DNA of 63,387 nucleotides, filler included, from Pirum gemmata (GCA_002812295.1; 22 parts of 22 records of this genome joined end to end with filler, not necessarily neighbours in it), one strand, 5' to 3'; positions 1 to 13,730 are shown, counted from the whole stretch's first letter. Notes: generated by a model from the sequence alone, not told the origin. Numbers and translations: made by a program.

Positions 1-106
1 TATTATTATTATTATACCAAGTTACCGATGGTAGTTTCAAAATAATCCACAAAGATATTGATAGAATGCTGATACTGATACTGATAATAGTATTATATAT
101 AATAAC

Positions 107-278
107 CAGCAGCTTTATCGAAGAATTGTCCAGCACATTCTCTAAAATTAGGCTCAGTGTTTTTTATTTCAGCATATTTCTCACTCAATGTTTGTTTTCC
201 CCTCACTTGACTATTGTAAATATTTGCTCTGTTGCCCGTAGCACGAGCAAACTGTGAAACGGAACGTATACGAAACAT
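107..278 (-). CDS. First exon of a probable mitochondrial glutamate dehydrogenase
   Basis: ATG at 278. An Arg/Ser-rich presequence-like N-terminus is followed by EPNFRECAGQFFDKAA, which resembles the PNF...FFDRGA N-terminal helix of animal-type GDH. GT donor at 106-105. Only one exon is visible. Confidence 0.5.
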
Positions 279-1104
279 GATAAACCCCAAAATAAAGACA
301 CACGCACAAAAGAAAGAAAGAATAAATCAATAAATAAATAAACAAATAATTAAATAAAATCGAAAAACTGACACCGAAACAGATAAAAAGAAAAAAATAA
401 ACTCTATTAACTAAACTAAACTAAGCAACAACAACAACAGCAACAACCAAAAATAATAAAGACTGATAAATTATTTACTATAAATTATTTTTTTTGAAAA
501 ATTATTTATTATTTTTGAAAAATTATTAATTAAAATAAGATATTTATTAATAATGTGATAAGATTTGATTATTATTTTTGGAAAGTAAGGAGGTAGAGCC
601 GCAAACCACGTGTATTTAGAATTGGTGATCTTAATAACGAGACAGTTAATGTATTAACCTATTCTATACCCTTTATTACTTTGACGTCCAAGATTATTTA
701 CACTTTTTTTAAAAATGATTTTTAAAAGGAAAAAAAAATGCTGACTGTTGAACTCAGCTGTTGAACTAATGCAAACAAATGCTAACAAATGATGCTAGCT
801 AGACCTAGCTAGCTAGGTAGCTAGCTAGGATGCTATGATACTAGGTAGACAAATGATGTCAACCAAAAAAAAACAGAGCACAGTTTCGTCCCTTTTGCCT
901 TTTTTGTCTTTTTTGCCTTTAATTGCCTTTATTAGATAGAAAAGGGCTAATAATAATTGAAAAAAGGCAAATAGACTGACTATTTAGTTTCGGGCCTTTT
1001 TCTGTAAATCAATCAAATAAGTATTATAAAATTTTTATTATAAAAATAGATAGTCTAGTCTAGCTCGAGTATTATCGATATCATCCATGGCATAATATTA
1101 TAAT

Positions 1105-1272
1105 AAAAAGGACGTCACCTATTAAATCTTACCCCTATGCCTCTTTGTCCAAAACACTTTTGGTCATAATTTTAAAGTTCATTTTAATAATTAATTACTG
1201 CCTAAAACAGTTTAAGTCATACTTTTGAGCAATGACTTCTATCAAAGAATAAGTGACGTCCTTTATGAATGT
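1105..1272. mobile_element. Degenerate copy of MITE family C
   Basis: AAAGGACGTCAC...GTGACGTCCTTTATG inverted ends. The internal sequence is the reverse complement of 26984-27149. Confidence 0.7.
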
Positions 1273-2648
1273 TATTAATAAACGTTTATAAGTGCAATAA
1301 TAGTCTAGTTCTTAGAATCCTTTTTATTAGACGAGTCTACTCGAGCTTGGTTAGCTCTACCGGTCTAGCTAGCTAGACTAGTCTATGTTTACAAAAAGTG
1401 TGTAGACTGTAGAGTCACTGTAGACAGTTAGTGCATTTTTACTAATTAATTTTTTTTGACTGACCACAGTTTTTTTTTGATCGATTTTTTTTCACTTTCG
1501 AACATGTAACTTTTTTATATGAGATTTCAGAGAGCATTGCGATAAAAGTGTGTTTTTTTGCGCTAGATGTCACTGGGATGTGAGATAGAATGCAAAACAG
1601 TGCACTAACCAAGTACTAACCAGTGGTTAGTTAACTCTTTTTAATTAGTAAAATTTCCTTATTTGGAATTATTTGTAAAATCACTTAAAAGGCGCCACTA
1701 ACCAGCGCGCAGTAAAATTGCGAGTTTTTTCTTGAAATTTTTATTAATTGATTGATGACGTCATATGTATCTCTCAAAAATATTTTTANTACTCTTTTTT
1801 TTATAACTGTGGTCAGTGCATTGTAAAAAAAGCTCGTTCGATTTTTTTTTACGAAGCACTAACCACAGTTAGTAAAAAAAATCGTTAACTAACGTTAAAT
1901 TATTATAACTGTTATTATTGTGCTTTTCAGTTGTTTTGTCATCATAAAATATACAATAAATAGTACCAAATTAATATAATATACAACTATTCGATTTAAT
2001 TTGGTATATTTTATTATCTATATATTTATTTAAAAATGTCAATTTAAATATTACAACCCTCCAAATAAATATTTAGAGTGACAAAATAATCAATAGTAGA
2101 GTAGACTAGAACTAAAAATAGACAGTAGTCTAGGTCTAGCTAGTTAGACAGTCTACAGTGCTTTTTCATCATAAAATATGAAATAAAGAGTACCAAATTA
2201 ATACAATATAAAGCCATTTTATTTAATTTGGTATATTTTATTATAAATAAATTTATTTAAAAGTATCAATTTAAATATTATAAACAACCAAATAAATATT
2301 AGGATGATGAATAATAAGTAAGTGTCATGTCCACCCCTGTGACCCCTCTCCCCAATCACCCCTGTGACCCCTCCCTCTAGCTATCATAATAGCTAGTCCC
2401 TACTACTATCATACTAGCTAGGCTCCCTTTCTACCCCCTGAGTGAGCTCCCTAGCTACTACTAGACTTCCCTATCCTACCACTTCCCTACCCCCCCCAGA
2501 TAAAATTTTTTATTGATTAGACTACTAGTAGTAGCTAACTAGTAGCTAGTACTAGCTAGCTAGAGCTAGTGTCATATTAGGGAGCGTTCAATAATTACGT
2601 AACGCTGGGGGTAGGTAGGGGGGGCCGGATTTTTGTGACAGGCCGTGA

Positions 2649-2748
2649 NNNNNNNNNNNNNNNNNNNNNNNNNNNNNNNNNNNNNNNNNNNNTTAATTAA
2701 TTAANNNNNNNNNNNNNNNNNNNNNNNNNNNNNNNNNNNNNNNNNNNN
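2649..2748. other. Artificial contig spacer N44-TTAATTAATTAA-N44. Also at about 5351, 8080, 11653, 14372, 17088, 19833, 22560, 25287, 28025, 30738, 33467, 36170, 39611, 42327, 45041, 47785, 50530, 53229, 55943 and 60654
   Basis: The same 12-mer, with stops in all six frames, sits centred in N runs at roughly 2.7 kb spacing. Confidence 0.97.
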
Positions 2749-2795
2749 CCTAACCCCTAACCCCTAACCCTAACCCTAACCCTAACCCTAACCCT
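2749..2795 (-). repeat. (TAACCC)n telomeric-type tract at a contig start
   Basis: Read directly. It could be a chromosome end or an interstitial tract that broke the assembly. Confidence 0.9.
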
Positions 2796-3253
2796 GTATG
2801 CTGCACAGTATGCAGAGGCTATGATGTAGGCTATTATGTACCTAAGGCCTTGACCCATTGATCCTAGGGAAAAAAAAAAAAAAAAAAAAAAAAAATCTAT
2901 ATCATAAAAGATTCATAATATTATAATTATGATTTATGATATTCACTATCTGATAGATAGTCTACTACTCTACACAGTCTACAGTCTACACTCTACACTG
3001 ACACTGTNCGGATCCGTCCGACCCCCCCCGGAACCCCTATTTTCCGATTTCCGATTCGGAATGAACACCTCTGGCTACCATTGCCTACCAAAAAAAGGCT
3101 AACAAAAAAAGGGTTTTTTGAGAAAAACGAAAAACAAAAAGTTTTTTGATTTGTTTAATAGCCGTCTTTTTGTCAAAGAAGTCTAATAAATTAGTAGTCC
3201 AGTTACCAGTAGTCTAGCCAGAGTAGTCTAGATTCTATATATAGTCTCTACTA

Positions 3254-3427
3254 GTGCTTTTCATTCTATCATAAAATAAACAATAAATAGTACCAAATTA
3301 ATACAATATAAATCCATTTAATTTAATTTGGTATATTTTATTATCTATTTATTGATTTGAAAATGTCAATTTAAAGATTATAACCCTCCAAATAAATATT
3401 CAGAGTGAGAAAATAAATGAAAAGCAC
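3254..3427. mobile_element. MITE family A (~170 bp, TIR GTGCTTTTCA...TGAAAAGCAC). Other copies at about 1920-2093, 2158-2320, 3643-3834, 4595-4756, 26555-26714, 36895-37005, 43621-43735, 59449-59564, 62604-62697 and 63226-63387
   Basis: 10-bp terminal inverted repeats, an internal TACCAAATTAA...TTAATTTGGTA palindrome, and about 11 alignable copies on different contigs. Confidence 0.85.
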
Positions 3428-3962
3428 GTCGACTAAGTAGATAGTGTCAAAAAAAGGTCCGAGGTCGGCAAAAGACACTGGCAAAAAACACATGCCTAGT
3501 ATTGATAGAGTATTTTAATAGTAGTATCATAGACTTATCATAGTCTTCTTCTATAATAAATATAACAATAGTCTTCTTAGCTACGATAGTAATAGTAGTC
3601 TTTTCAGTACCTAGACTATCATACTAGGTCTATAGGTCTATAGTGCTTTTCATTTGTTTTGTCATCATAGAATATATAATAAAAGTATAATAGATAGTAC
3701 CAAATAAATATAATATACATCCATTTAATTTAATTTGGTATACTTTATTATCTATATATTGATTTAAAAATGCTAATTTTAAAGATTATAACCCCCAAAT
3801 AAATATTCAGAGTGAGAAAATAAATGAAATGCACGATACTAGCTCTAGCTAGTAGTACTAGTAATATCGATAAGGTTTTGTAGCTGGTTTTTGCACTACA
3901 ATACATGTATTTTTGCAGAATCGTCTATTTCATTACAGTTGTTCCTTTCATTACAGTTGTTC

Positions 3963-4110
3963 CTTTCTATCTTTAATTTGGTACTGTTTAAGTGTATAAT
4001 TGAACTTGTTTATAAAATTTAACAATAAGTATAAAATACCTAATTAATTAAAACATGCCTGATAGTTTAACCATAATAATAAGTAAAAGTTTATTTCAGT
4101 TTTTGAACTG
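3963..4110 (-). repeat. Dispersed repeat family F. Other copies at about 25850-25987 and 51281-51412, with diverged tandem copies at 48480-49510
   Basis: Copies share GTTCAAAAACTGAAATAAAC...CAATTATACACTTAAACAGTACCAAATTAAAGAT. Confidence 0.75.
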
Positions 4111-5597
4111 AACAACACTATCGAAAAATAGTTGAAAAACCATTATCAGCTATTATCAGTATATTCAAATAATACGTCACGTCAAGGGGTAGGTAGGTAG
4201 GCGGCATTTGACCGGAAATTAACGTCAAGAGGTAGGTAGGTAGGGGTATTTGAAGCAGTACTTGACCGGAAATTGGCGTTGCGTAGTATTTTTAATTAAA
4301 AAGAGTGCTCCCTTATCATAGTAGTCCTAGCTATAGCTGTAGACTACTAGCTCTAGCTAGAACCAACTTTTGGGGGTTCACTAGAATTTTCAGTTTTCGA
4401 ACAAAATTAATGTAATAGGTATTTAATAGATTTGAAATTTTAAAACATAAAAAAAAAGTCGGACTTTTAATTATTAGTAAAACAAGTTGGTCGTTTTTAG
4501 TTTTTTTGCACCATACTAGTCTATTATATAATTTATATTATTAGATTGTTTTTTTACACAGCTTTTTCTGCAGCTTTTTGGCTAGCTGCTAGCTATAGTT
4601 GTTTTGTCATCATAAAATAGCTCCAAATTAATAATATATAAATCCATTTAATTTAATTTGGTATATTTTATTATTTATTTATTTATTTAAAAATGTCAAT
4701 TTACATATTATAACCCTCCAAATAAATATTCGGAGTGACAAGATAAATGAAAGGCAGTCTTTTTTGGGAAGTTCAGAGTTCTGTAGGAAAGATTTCACTT
4801 TTTTTTTTTCGTTTTTTTTTATTTATTTTTTTTGTTTTGTTTTGGTACAACAAACAGTCAAGAAATGTTTATTTTTTTTTTTACCATGATTTTTTAATAT
4901 TAAAAATTTCCACTTTTATATTCGAAATATTCAAACATATAAACTAACCTATATTCGAAAGCTAATATTAAAAATTCGAATATATTAATTTTTCGAGCTT
5001 TAATTTTCAAACATAATCGATTTAATATGTTTGAAAGTTTCGAATATGTTCAAAAAAATTTGAGAATTTTAATTATTAGTAAAAAAGTTGGATGTTTTTA
5101 AAATGTTTGCACATATGGTAGTCTATATGTATTTTTTTTTCAGTCTTTTTATACCAAGTCTTTTTATTTATCTCTATAGATTTATTTATAAATAGTCCAT
5201 TTATTTATTTTTGTGTTGTTTTCGTGTTTTGTGTTTTGTGTTGTTTTTTATTTTTATGTTTTTTTTTTATTGTTTCCGTATTTTGTTTTGTTTTTAGTTA
5301 TTATTTTGAAATACCTTCTCTCCTTTAAACTATTATTATTATTATTATTANNNNNNNNNNNNNNNNNNNNNNNNNNNNNNNNNNNNNNNNNNNNTTAATT
5401 AATTAANNNNNNNNNNNNNNNNNNNNNNNNNNNNNNNNNNNNNNNNNNNNTATTATTATTATTTATTGGATTTCATAGATTATAATATTACATGTTATGT
5501 AATACATGTATGTATGTATGTGTATCGATGTATTATGTGTATTATTATTATCACTATTATTAATTATTTTAAATAATCGTTTGTATGGCACTGACAG

Positions 5598-7888
5598 GTT
5601 TTAATATAATTGATAAGACATTACTGCCTACAGAAGAAACCACCATGGGAGAGTATGTAGGCGAAGCTGCCAAAAGAAATACAAAAGTATTATATAAAGG
5701 CATAGACATGGACGAAGTGATAGAAGGGTTAGATGAAATAAGAAGTGGACTCTCAGAACCTCTTCGAGAAAGCTACACATTTCCAGATGCTCTTATTAAT
5801 ACCGAAGATGGACCACAGGTAATTCCGGCAAGTGAGATAGAAGAAATGGACACGGTAACAAGAGAAATCACGTTAAAAAAGTTTTTTTCCTATATAAAAA
5901 GTAAAAGTATGATATCGTTGTCATCAGCGAATGCTGTAATTGGCATAGCGTTGATCGCTTTTCAAATAAGAGATATTAAAAGTGCATGCGATTCGATGGA
6001 TGAAGAAAACTGTGGACAATTGATTATACAGTCGGTGGTGACTGCAGCATTGGGGATTGGTGTTTTTGCAGCTATTGGTTTTATGATGCCTGTGTTCGGC
6101 GAAATTCTAGGGCTAGCCTTAGGAATAGTTGGACTTATTACTGAAATAGCAAAATGGATTCATCCTGCCGTGGTCCCCCCACATCCGAAGAGTGTGGTAT
6201 GAGTTATATATGAAATTTTTATCTTTTTATATTTTTATATCGCCCTTTTTTTTTGAATTTTGTTAAATTTTATGTTGTATATAATCACTTTTTTATAGTA
6301 TTGCTATTGTTAGTGTTTATATTATGTGTTTGTTACTAATATATCTAATATGTAGAATGGTGATGACGAGGATGCACATTGTCAAGAAGAATATGGATTT
6401 ATTGGAATTTCTTTTTTACACACACAGAACGGTAGAAGTCAGCATCACTCTATTTTTTATAACGAATTACTTAGCCAAGACCAAAAACAACCATCAATTT
6501 ACGGTTATGGAGATATAAACAAACTCAAAAGCTATCTTCAAAATTTAAAATGTGATGAATGCATGACTGCTGTTAAAAACAATCCCTTTTTCAAGAATAA
6601 CAGGACTATCTATACGCCAAGTATTAACGAAAAAACCGGAATATACATGGCATTACCGTGTTGGTATCATTGCGAGAAAAAAGCAAACACAGTGAAATAT
6701 GGGATTACCTTAACACTTGATCCTTTAGATCAGTTTTCAGAAGAGAAATTCGTGGCAGTATCAACAGAGAGTCCCAATCAGAAGCACCAAGCATATTTTA
6801 AGTATCAGTGTATTAAACGTGATAATAAGCTCGACAATACAATTTATAAGCGATATTTTACTGGGGCCCAAAATTCAGGATTTTTCATGCAGGATCATAC
6901 TGATATTTTTTTTAGTGCTGATGTGGATAATGGTGAAGAGAATATGATTCTGAAGAATATTGTTAAAGGGCAATCAGGCCGAAGATACTTCGAAATAAGC
7001 TACGGTGGAGGTGGAAATGTTACCATTCTTGATAAAAATAAAAAATACATTGATTATATAGGAACTAAAGGTTACTACTGTCGTTTAAATGTCTGGGATA
7101 GATCTAAAAAAAAATATGAAGCAAATTATATAGAGTTGGATTTACCAAAAAACCAATGCAAAAATTCAGGTCACTTCCGCACTGATGAGGATTACCCATG
7201 TTTGAAAAAGATAATGATACCCCTATGTAACCAATATTTAGATCAGTTTAATAATGATGCGTATTTGAATGTTTTGCCGAATGCATTAGGGTTTACTGAT
7301 ATTAAAAAACCATGTGCGTTTTCTGTTCCAATTTTTGATAGAAAGAATTTTGAAAATTTGAATAATTTAGAAGACTTTAAAAGTCGTCAAGCTCACCGTT
7401 TTCTTTCCAGAACACGAAAATCAGGAACAATTGACAGATTTCAAGCCCATAACATATTTTGTTCAGGGAATAACCAACGCATACAAATAGGAAACCTATA
7501 TTTTAAAAGTGGGTTTTGGGGGTTTGGTGGAAGTTGGCAGACCGCATATCTAGATGTAATTGATTTTTCGCATAATAATGAGAATAGTAAAGTGATAGAA
7601 ATAACGTCTACGGATAATCATAAACAGGTGAATCACAATTTTGTTTATAGATGCTTTGACGGGAATAGAGTTTCGGAGACAGGTGATATAAGAATTGAGG
7701 CTGCTTTGAAAGTAAGTAATCTAGGAATACGGTATCAGTACAAGGACGGTTATGCAAGTAATAAACTACGCTTAGCTGTGGTTAAAGAAAGTAACGGATA
7801 TGCTGTTCGTTATATCGAAGGAGGTAAGGTAACGACAAATAACGATAACGTAAATTCACATATCTATTATCCTGGTATAGGTCGTTAA
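5598..7888 (+). CDS. 5'-incomplete spliced gene (exons ~5598-6196 and 6356-7888) for an unknown protein with a hydrophobic helical hairpin and a Cys/aromatic beta-rich C-terminal region
   Basis: GTATGA donor at 6197 and TGTAG acceptor ending at 6355 join the 205-aa and 441-aa ORFs in frame (phase 0). There is no stop between 6356 and 6563. Confidence 0.75.
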
Positions 7889-8203
7889 TTTTTAGAATTG
7901 ACTAAAAATTATTCATTTACTACCTTTGAAACAAACAAATCGGATTCAGTTCCACCTACATTCAAACACTGTCTATTGGATTTCACTGTGGATTTTTATT
8001 ATTATTATTTTTTTTATTTACTATCACTCTTATTATCATATCATACCTTTTACCCTTCAAATTCGGTAATTGTAATAATNNNNNNNNNNNNNNNNNNNNN
8101 NNNNNNNNNNNNNNNNNNNNNNNTTAATTAATTAANNNNNNNNNNNNNNNNNNNNNNNNNNNNNNNNNNNNNNNNNNNNGTGGTGGTGGTGGTGGTGGTG
8201 GTG

Positions 8204-8245
<42 letters not shown>

Positions 8246-9250
8246 GTAGTAGTAGCAGTAGTAATAGTATTGTAGTAGTAGTGGTGGTGGTGGTGGTAGT
8301 ATATAAATACATATATGGGTCTCTAGATGTGGATATTCGGCATTTATATATATGCCATCGATTGTAAAATACAAATCAACTAATAATTAATAATAGTTAT
8401 TCTTTACCATTATAAAGCAGCAATATTATTTATCGATTAATACATAATCTTTATCAAAAATAAACAGATTGAAATTAATCCTAATTATAAGAAATCTATA
8501 TTATAACAATTAATATTATAAATCTTCATTAATACTATTTTTTGATTAGTAGATTATAAACCATCAATTTAGTAAAAGTAATCAATAGTAGCATTATTTA
8601 CAAAAGATTTTAGTATTTTGGATTGATACCATCGATTGTAAAATGCAAACCATTATAAAACAGTAATACTATTTATCAATCAACATAAATAATTTTTCTA
8701 AATCAAACTATGGCTAAGTTCGTGGTTACAATAATCGTATATATTACTATAATCCGACAAATTTAATTAATCGATAAAATCAAAAGTATTTATCCAAATT
8801 AACCAACAATAAACAACATTTATAAATTATTATAATATAATAATATTAATTATATTAGTACATTTAGATATCAATCAACATTTTTCATAACAAATAAATA
8901 AAATTATAAATAAAATAATAAATAAATTAATAACCAAAATATTCCAATTATATCTGTAAGTGGATTTGGATAAAATATAAAACCAAATTTAAACTTGTGA
9001 TAACAATGTAAGATAACTACAAGTTATTTCAACAAAAAAAGTTTATATAATAATATTATTTGAAAGGAAAAATGTTGATTGAAATTTAAAATGTACTAAT
9101 AGAATTATTATAATAATTTATATTTATAAATGTTGTTTATTGTTTGTTAATTAAAATATTTGAAATGAAATTTAAAAATGTTGATTGATATTTAAAATGT
9201 ACTAATAGAATTATTATATCATAGTAATGTATAAATGTTTTATAAACAAC

Positions 9251-9441
9251 AGTTATAGGGTCCACTGGTATTCTCCGAATATTTGCTTATAAGACACTGG
9301 TATTCTTGAGAATATTTTTTGGACTAGGTAGAATTAACACTTGCTTATTATTGGCCAAATGTTTATATCTAATCATACTGACGTCCTATTCGTTGTTTTA
9401 GGATTGAAGATGGTTAGGGTTTCCTGGTGGACCCTATAACT
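9251..9441. mobile_element. 191-bp MITE with TIR AGTTATAGGGTCCAC and a 5-bp TSD (ACAAC)
   Basis: Perfect 15-bp inverted ends. ACAAC at 9246-9250 and 9442-9446. It interrupts a local AT-rich repeat seen intact near 8811. Confidence 0.8.
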
Positions 9442-9716
9442 ACAACATTAATAAATTATTATAATATAATAATTCTGTTATTATATCTACATTTTTTATT
9501 TCAAATAGTATTAAAAAAACATTTTTTTTTGAAATATCTTGTGGTTATCTTATTTATAAACAACCTTAATTAAGAGTACTAGTAATAGTTATAATTTACA
9601 TTCTTTGTATAAGTTTATCAATTTGTTTTGTTAGTAATTATATAAACACTTTTTGCGACAAATGTGACAAATTGTGCGAAATCTGGCACTTTTGTATTCT
9701 GTTGATTAATTGTTAA

Positions 9717-10138
9717 TTAAACAGTGACCGTTTGACTTTGAATCGTATTCATTTCAAAAAGGGATTTTCTTGAGTTACTTGAGTTAACTTTGGCAACTGG
9801 GAAATATGACAATCGATTAACAGAATTAGATTGTACCATACCTTGTTTCGGTCTTCTCCTTATGGGTGTTGTTTCTTCTTGACTATTCAAATCTTCAAAA
9901 TATGTTGTTGAAGGTTTAGTATTTTTAAAATTGAGAACATCGTACATAGAACGACGTTTAGAGTATCTATTATTGGGGTTGTGAACCGATTTTCTTTTTC
10001 TAGGTTGGACTGCTGAGGATTTTGGGGCAGTAGTGGCTACAACATTGCGTATTTCATAAACGGAACGTCTATTGTTATTCTTACTTTTAATAATCTCACT
10101 ATTATTATCACTATTACTATTACTATTATTATTATTAC

Positions 10139-10180
<42 letters not shown>

Positions 10181-10654
10181 TATCACTATTATCAATTAAG
10201 GAACAAGAATCATTATCATTAGTTAACATGGCAAAATTGACAATACCATCAATATTAGCAGGTAGGACACCAGTCAAACAAGTTTCTTCTATTTTGGACA
10301 TCCAATTATCCCTTTCTTCTTCTGTTACAAAAGCGAGAGAAACCAACTGATCTCCCCTAACCCCTTGAAAAGTAATATCAAAACCATAAGGTTTTTTGGT
10401 TGATTTACTAGATAAAATTCTTTGGTTTATACTGATAACTTTTTCTAATGGAATAAACAACTTCATTTTCTTTTCGGTTGCTTTTACTCCTCTAAACCCA
10501 CTTAAAGCATACTTTGTCATGATAACGGTGTGCTGATTACTGCTTTTGCTCAAAGATTTTTCTACTTTGAAATGGTCATCCATGTGTTTTTTTTCGTGCG
10601 TCTTAATAGATACGCATTTTGATTCTATTAATCGATTCATTGCTTTCTCTTTCA
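9717..10654 (-). CDS. PH-domain protein (last exon) with a poly-Asn, disordered C-terminus
   Basis: KKPYGFDITF...LAFVTEEERDNWMSKIEE is a typical PH C-terminal strand and helix with the conserved Trp. AG acceptor at 10656-10655 and GTAAGT donor at 10737. Confidence 0.75.
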
Positions 10655-10784
10655 CTAACTTAAAGTCTTAATGAACGTTCATTAAAACCAATTTACTTCG
10701 AATTTGTTATTAATAAAACAATAAAACAACAACTTACATATAAAAAAGGAATAAACGTTATGTGTGAATAGATATAATATACAA

Positions 10785-10819
<35 letters not shown>

Positions 10820-10820
10820 N

Positions 10821-10894
<74 letters not shown>

Positions 10895-11586
10895 TATATA
10901 TATCGGAGGTATATCAAGGAAAATAAGACATCTGACAGTGGTAGTTGTGGATATATATATATAGACAGTAACAAGACTATTTGCCTTCTTAAATAACGTA
11001 ACGTGAGTGATGTATATGTGTGTTTTGTTGTGTGAGAAATGTTTACAATGTACAGTGTTTTTTTAGCAAAAAACGGGTGTCGTATTTTAACAATTTAAAA
11101 CCTTAATGTAAAAATTAGTATTAAAAATTCAAAAGCTCTTTTAATGGTAATGAAAACTGAAGTTTGTTACACATTTATAAGCTGTATGTAAATTGGCAGT
11201 CTTCGTTAATTCTTGGTTTTCAAAAAATACCCTTTTATAATTCAAAAAGTACCTTCTTATATCAGTATGTTAAATATCAATTTTACTGGTTAATAATACT
11301 AGTACTAGCCATATCAATAGTAATGGCAATAGTAATAGAACTATTATATAGTATATAGTAATAGTATTGTATTAAATCAAATTAACAATGGTATATGTTT
11401 GTATGTTGTTTTTATTGACATTTACTGGCTAAAAAAGGTGCTCATGGACAAGGAATGCATCAAAAAATTTCTAGTGCAGGTATGTATTAGTTGTATTTTT
11501 ATTGTTTGTTCTTGTTTTACCATTTCCTAAACATGTAGTCACAGCGTTACCTATTCTCAAATATTGTATTTAATATTGTCATTATC

Positions 11587-11626
<40 letters not shown>

Positions 11627-11934
11627 CATTATTATTATTATTATTATCATTANNNNNNNNNNNNNNNNNNNNNNNNNNNNNNNNNNNNNNNNNNNNTTAA
11701 TTAATTAANNNNNNNNNNNNNNNNNNNNNNNNNNNNNNNNNNNNNNNNNNNNTATTATTGTTATTATTGTTAATTGTCTATTTACTTATCCATACCAAAA
11801 TTAGGAGCTGTTTTATTGTTATGTAATGCAGGAGCAGAATATTGTTTGATTGATTTGAATAGTTTTTTCCCTTTCGTTCAATCCTCACCCCCTCAAAAAA
11901 CGTTAAAAGAGTGCTGCCCGACTATATTGTATTT

Positions 11935-11989
11935 TTACTAAATGGCTAAATATATTTATAGTTATGTTCTAAATAAGGTTTTAGTGTTT

Positions 11990-12041
<52 letters not shown>

Positions 12042-12460
12042 TCATATTAAGCTCAATATATATCGATATGGTTATTATATTTATAGTTATGTTCTAAATA
12101 AGGTTTTAGTGTTTCTATATTTATATATTAAGGTTAATGTATATCGATATGCTATTATATTTGTTCTAAATAAGGCTTTAGTGCTTCCATATATACCTGT
12201 TAAGCTTAATATATTTCGATATGGCTAATATATTTATAGTTATGTTCTAATTAAGGTTTTAGCATATATATTCATATTAAGCTCAATACGTATCGATATG
12301 GCTATTATATTTATAGTTATGTTCTAAATAAGGTTTTAGTGTTTCTATTTAATATATATATATATATATATATCGATATGCCTTATTATATTTATATTAT
12401 GTTCTAAATAAGGTTTTATTGTTTCCATATATACCTATTAAACTTAATATATTTCGATAC
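11935..12460. repeat. Tandem satellite of ~70-110 bp units with embedded (CA)n/(TA)n
   Basis: Core TATATTTATAGTTATGTTCTAAATAAGGTTTTAG recurs about six times. Confidence 0.85.
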
Positions 12461-12654
12461 TTTTGTTTTTTTTTGTTTTTCTTTGTGATACTTAAATAAG
12501 AGGAAATTTTTTCTTTGGATTGTTTATTAATAACATTTATTAACTTCCGTTGTTTATTGTATTGCCCCTCTCACTAATTATTTATTAATAAGGAGAGGCG
12601 ATATGAAAGATTTTTTTCAAGTTCGAAAGTCGAAATTCAGACTAAATTTCTTAG

Positions 12655-13165
12655 TATGAGTATTAGTATTAGTATTAGAATTACTGGGCGGATTTTTAGA
12701 AATTAGTATTAGTATTAGTATGAGCATCAGTATCAGTATCAGTATTAATATTAGTATTAGTATTAGTATTAGTACTAGTATTAGTATTAGTATTAATATT
12801 TTTTAGAAATTGCAGCATTAGACACATTTAGAAATTCCAACGGCATTAGTATTATACTGTATTAGTATTAGTATTAGTGTTAGTATTAGTATTAGTATTA
12901 GTATTAGTATTAGTATTAGTATTAGTATTAGTATTAGTATTAGTATTAGTATTAGTATTAGCATTAGTATGAGTATGAGTATCAGTATCAGTATCAGTAT
13001 CAGTATTAATTAATATTAGTATTAGTATTAGTATTAGTATTAGTATTATTATTAGTATTATTATTTGTATTAGTATTAGTATTAGTATGAGTATGAGCAT
13101 CAGTATCAGTATGAGTATCATATTAGTATTAGTATTAGTATTAGTATTAGTATTAGTATTAGAAA
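12655..13165. repeat. (TTAGTA)n hexamer microsatellite interleaved with duplicated TTTTAGAAATT motifs
   Basis: Read directly. Confidence 0.85.
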
Positions 13166-13664
13166 TTGCTAATAGACACAAGAATTGCTCTTTTTTTTTT
13201 TTTGGAGCAACACCATTACTGAGCGGATTTTTAGAAATTACTCCGAAATTTTTTTTTTGAGCAATATTGGACACATTTCTAAAGAAATTGCTCTATTTTT
13301 TTTTTTTTTTTGGAGCAACACAAGGAGCTAGACACAAGGAGTTTAAACTCCTTGAGCAACAGCATTAAATCCGTCTAAAGAAGGCAAGAAAATCTGTCTA
13401 AAAAAGGCGAGAAACCCCGTCTAAAAAAGGCGAAAAATACGTAGTGGAGTCGATTGCAAAACCCCTTTTTCAAAAGGGAATAAATTGGTGTTTTATTTCA
13501 TTTAGGCAAGTTGTAACCACCTCCCACCCACAGATAACGTACTGAGTCCTGGCACCTAACTCTTCTATCTAGACTAGTCTAGCTAGACTATGAGCAAATG
13601 TATATTATATTGATGCATAATAAATAAAAACATACTACGATATATTTTATAGACACCTTTCTCC

Positions 13665-13730
13665 CTAACCCTAACCCTAACCCTAACCCTAACCCTAACC
13701 CTAACCCTAACCCTAACCCTAACCCTAAAC
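13665..13730 (-). repeat. Interstitial (TAACCC)n tract flanked by CCTTTCTCC direct repeats
   Basis: CCTTTCTCC at 13656-13664 and 13731-13739. Confidence 0.85.

Noticed and set aside
2693..2704. Recurrent TTAATTAATTAA as a biological motif
   Set aside because: It is always centred in N runs and is an assembly spacer with six-frame stops.
11935..12460. Repeat-spacer-like array
   Set aside because: The intervening parts are homologous to each other or are (CA)n/(TA)n, so this is an ordinary satellite.
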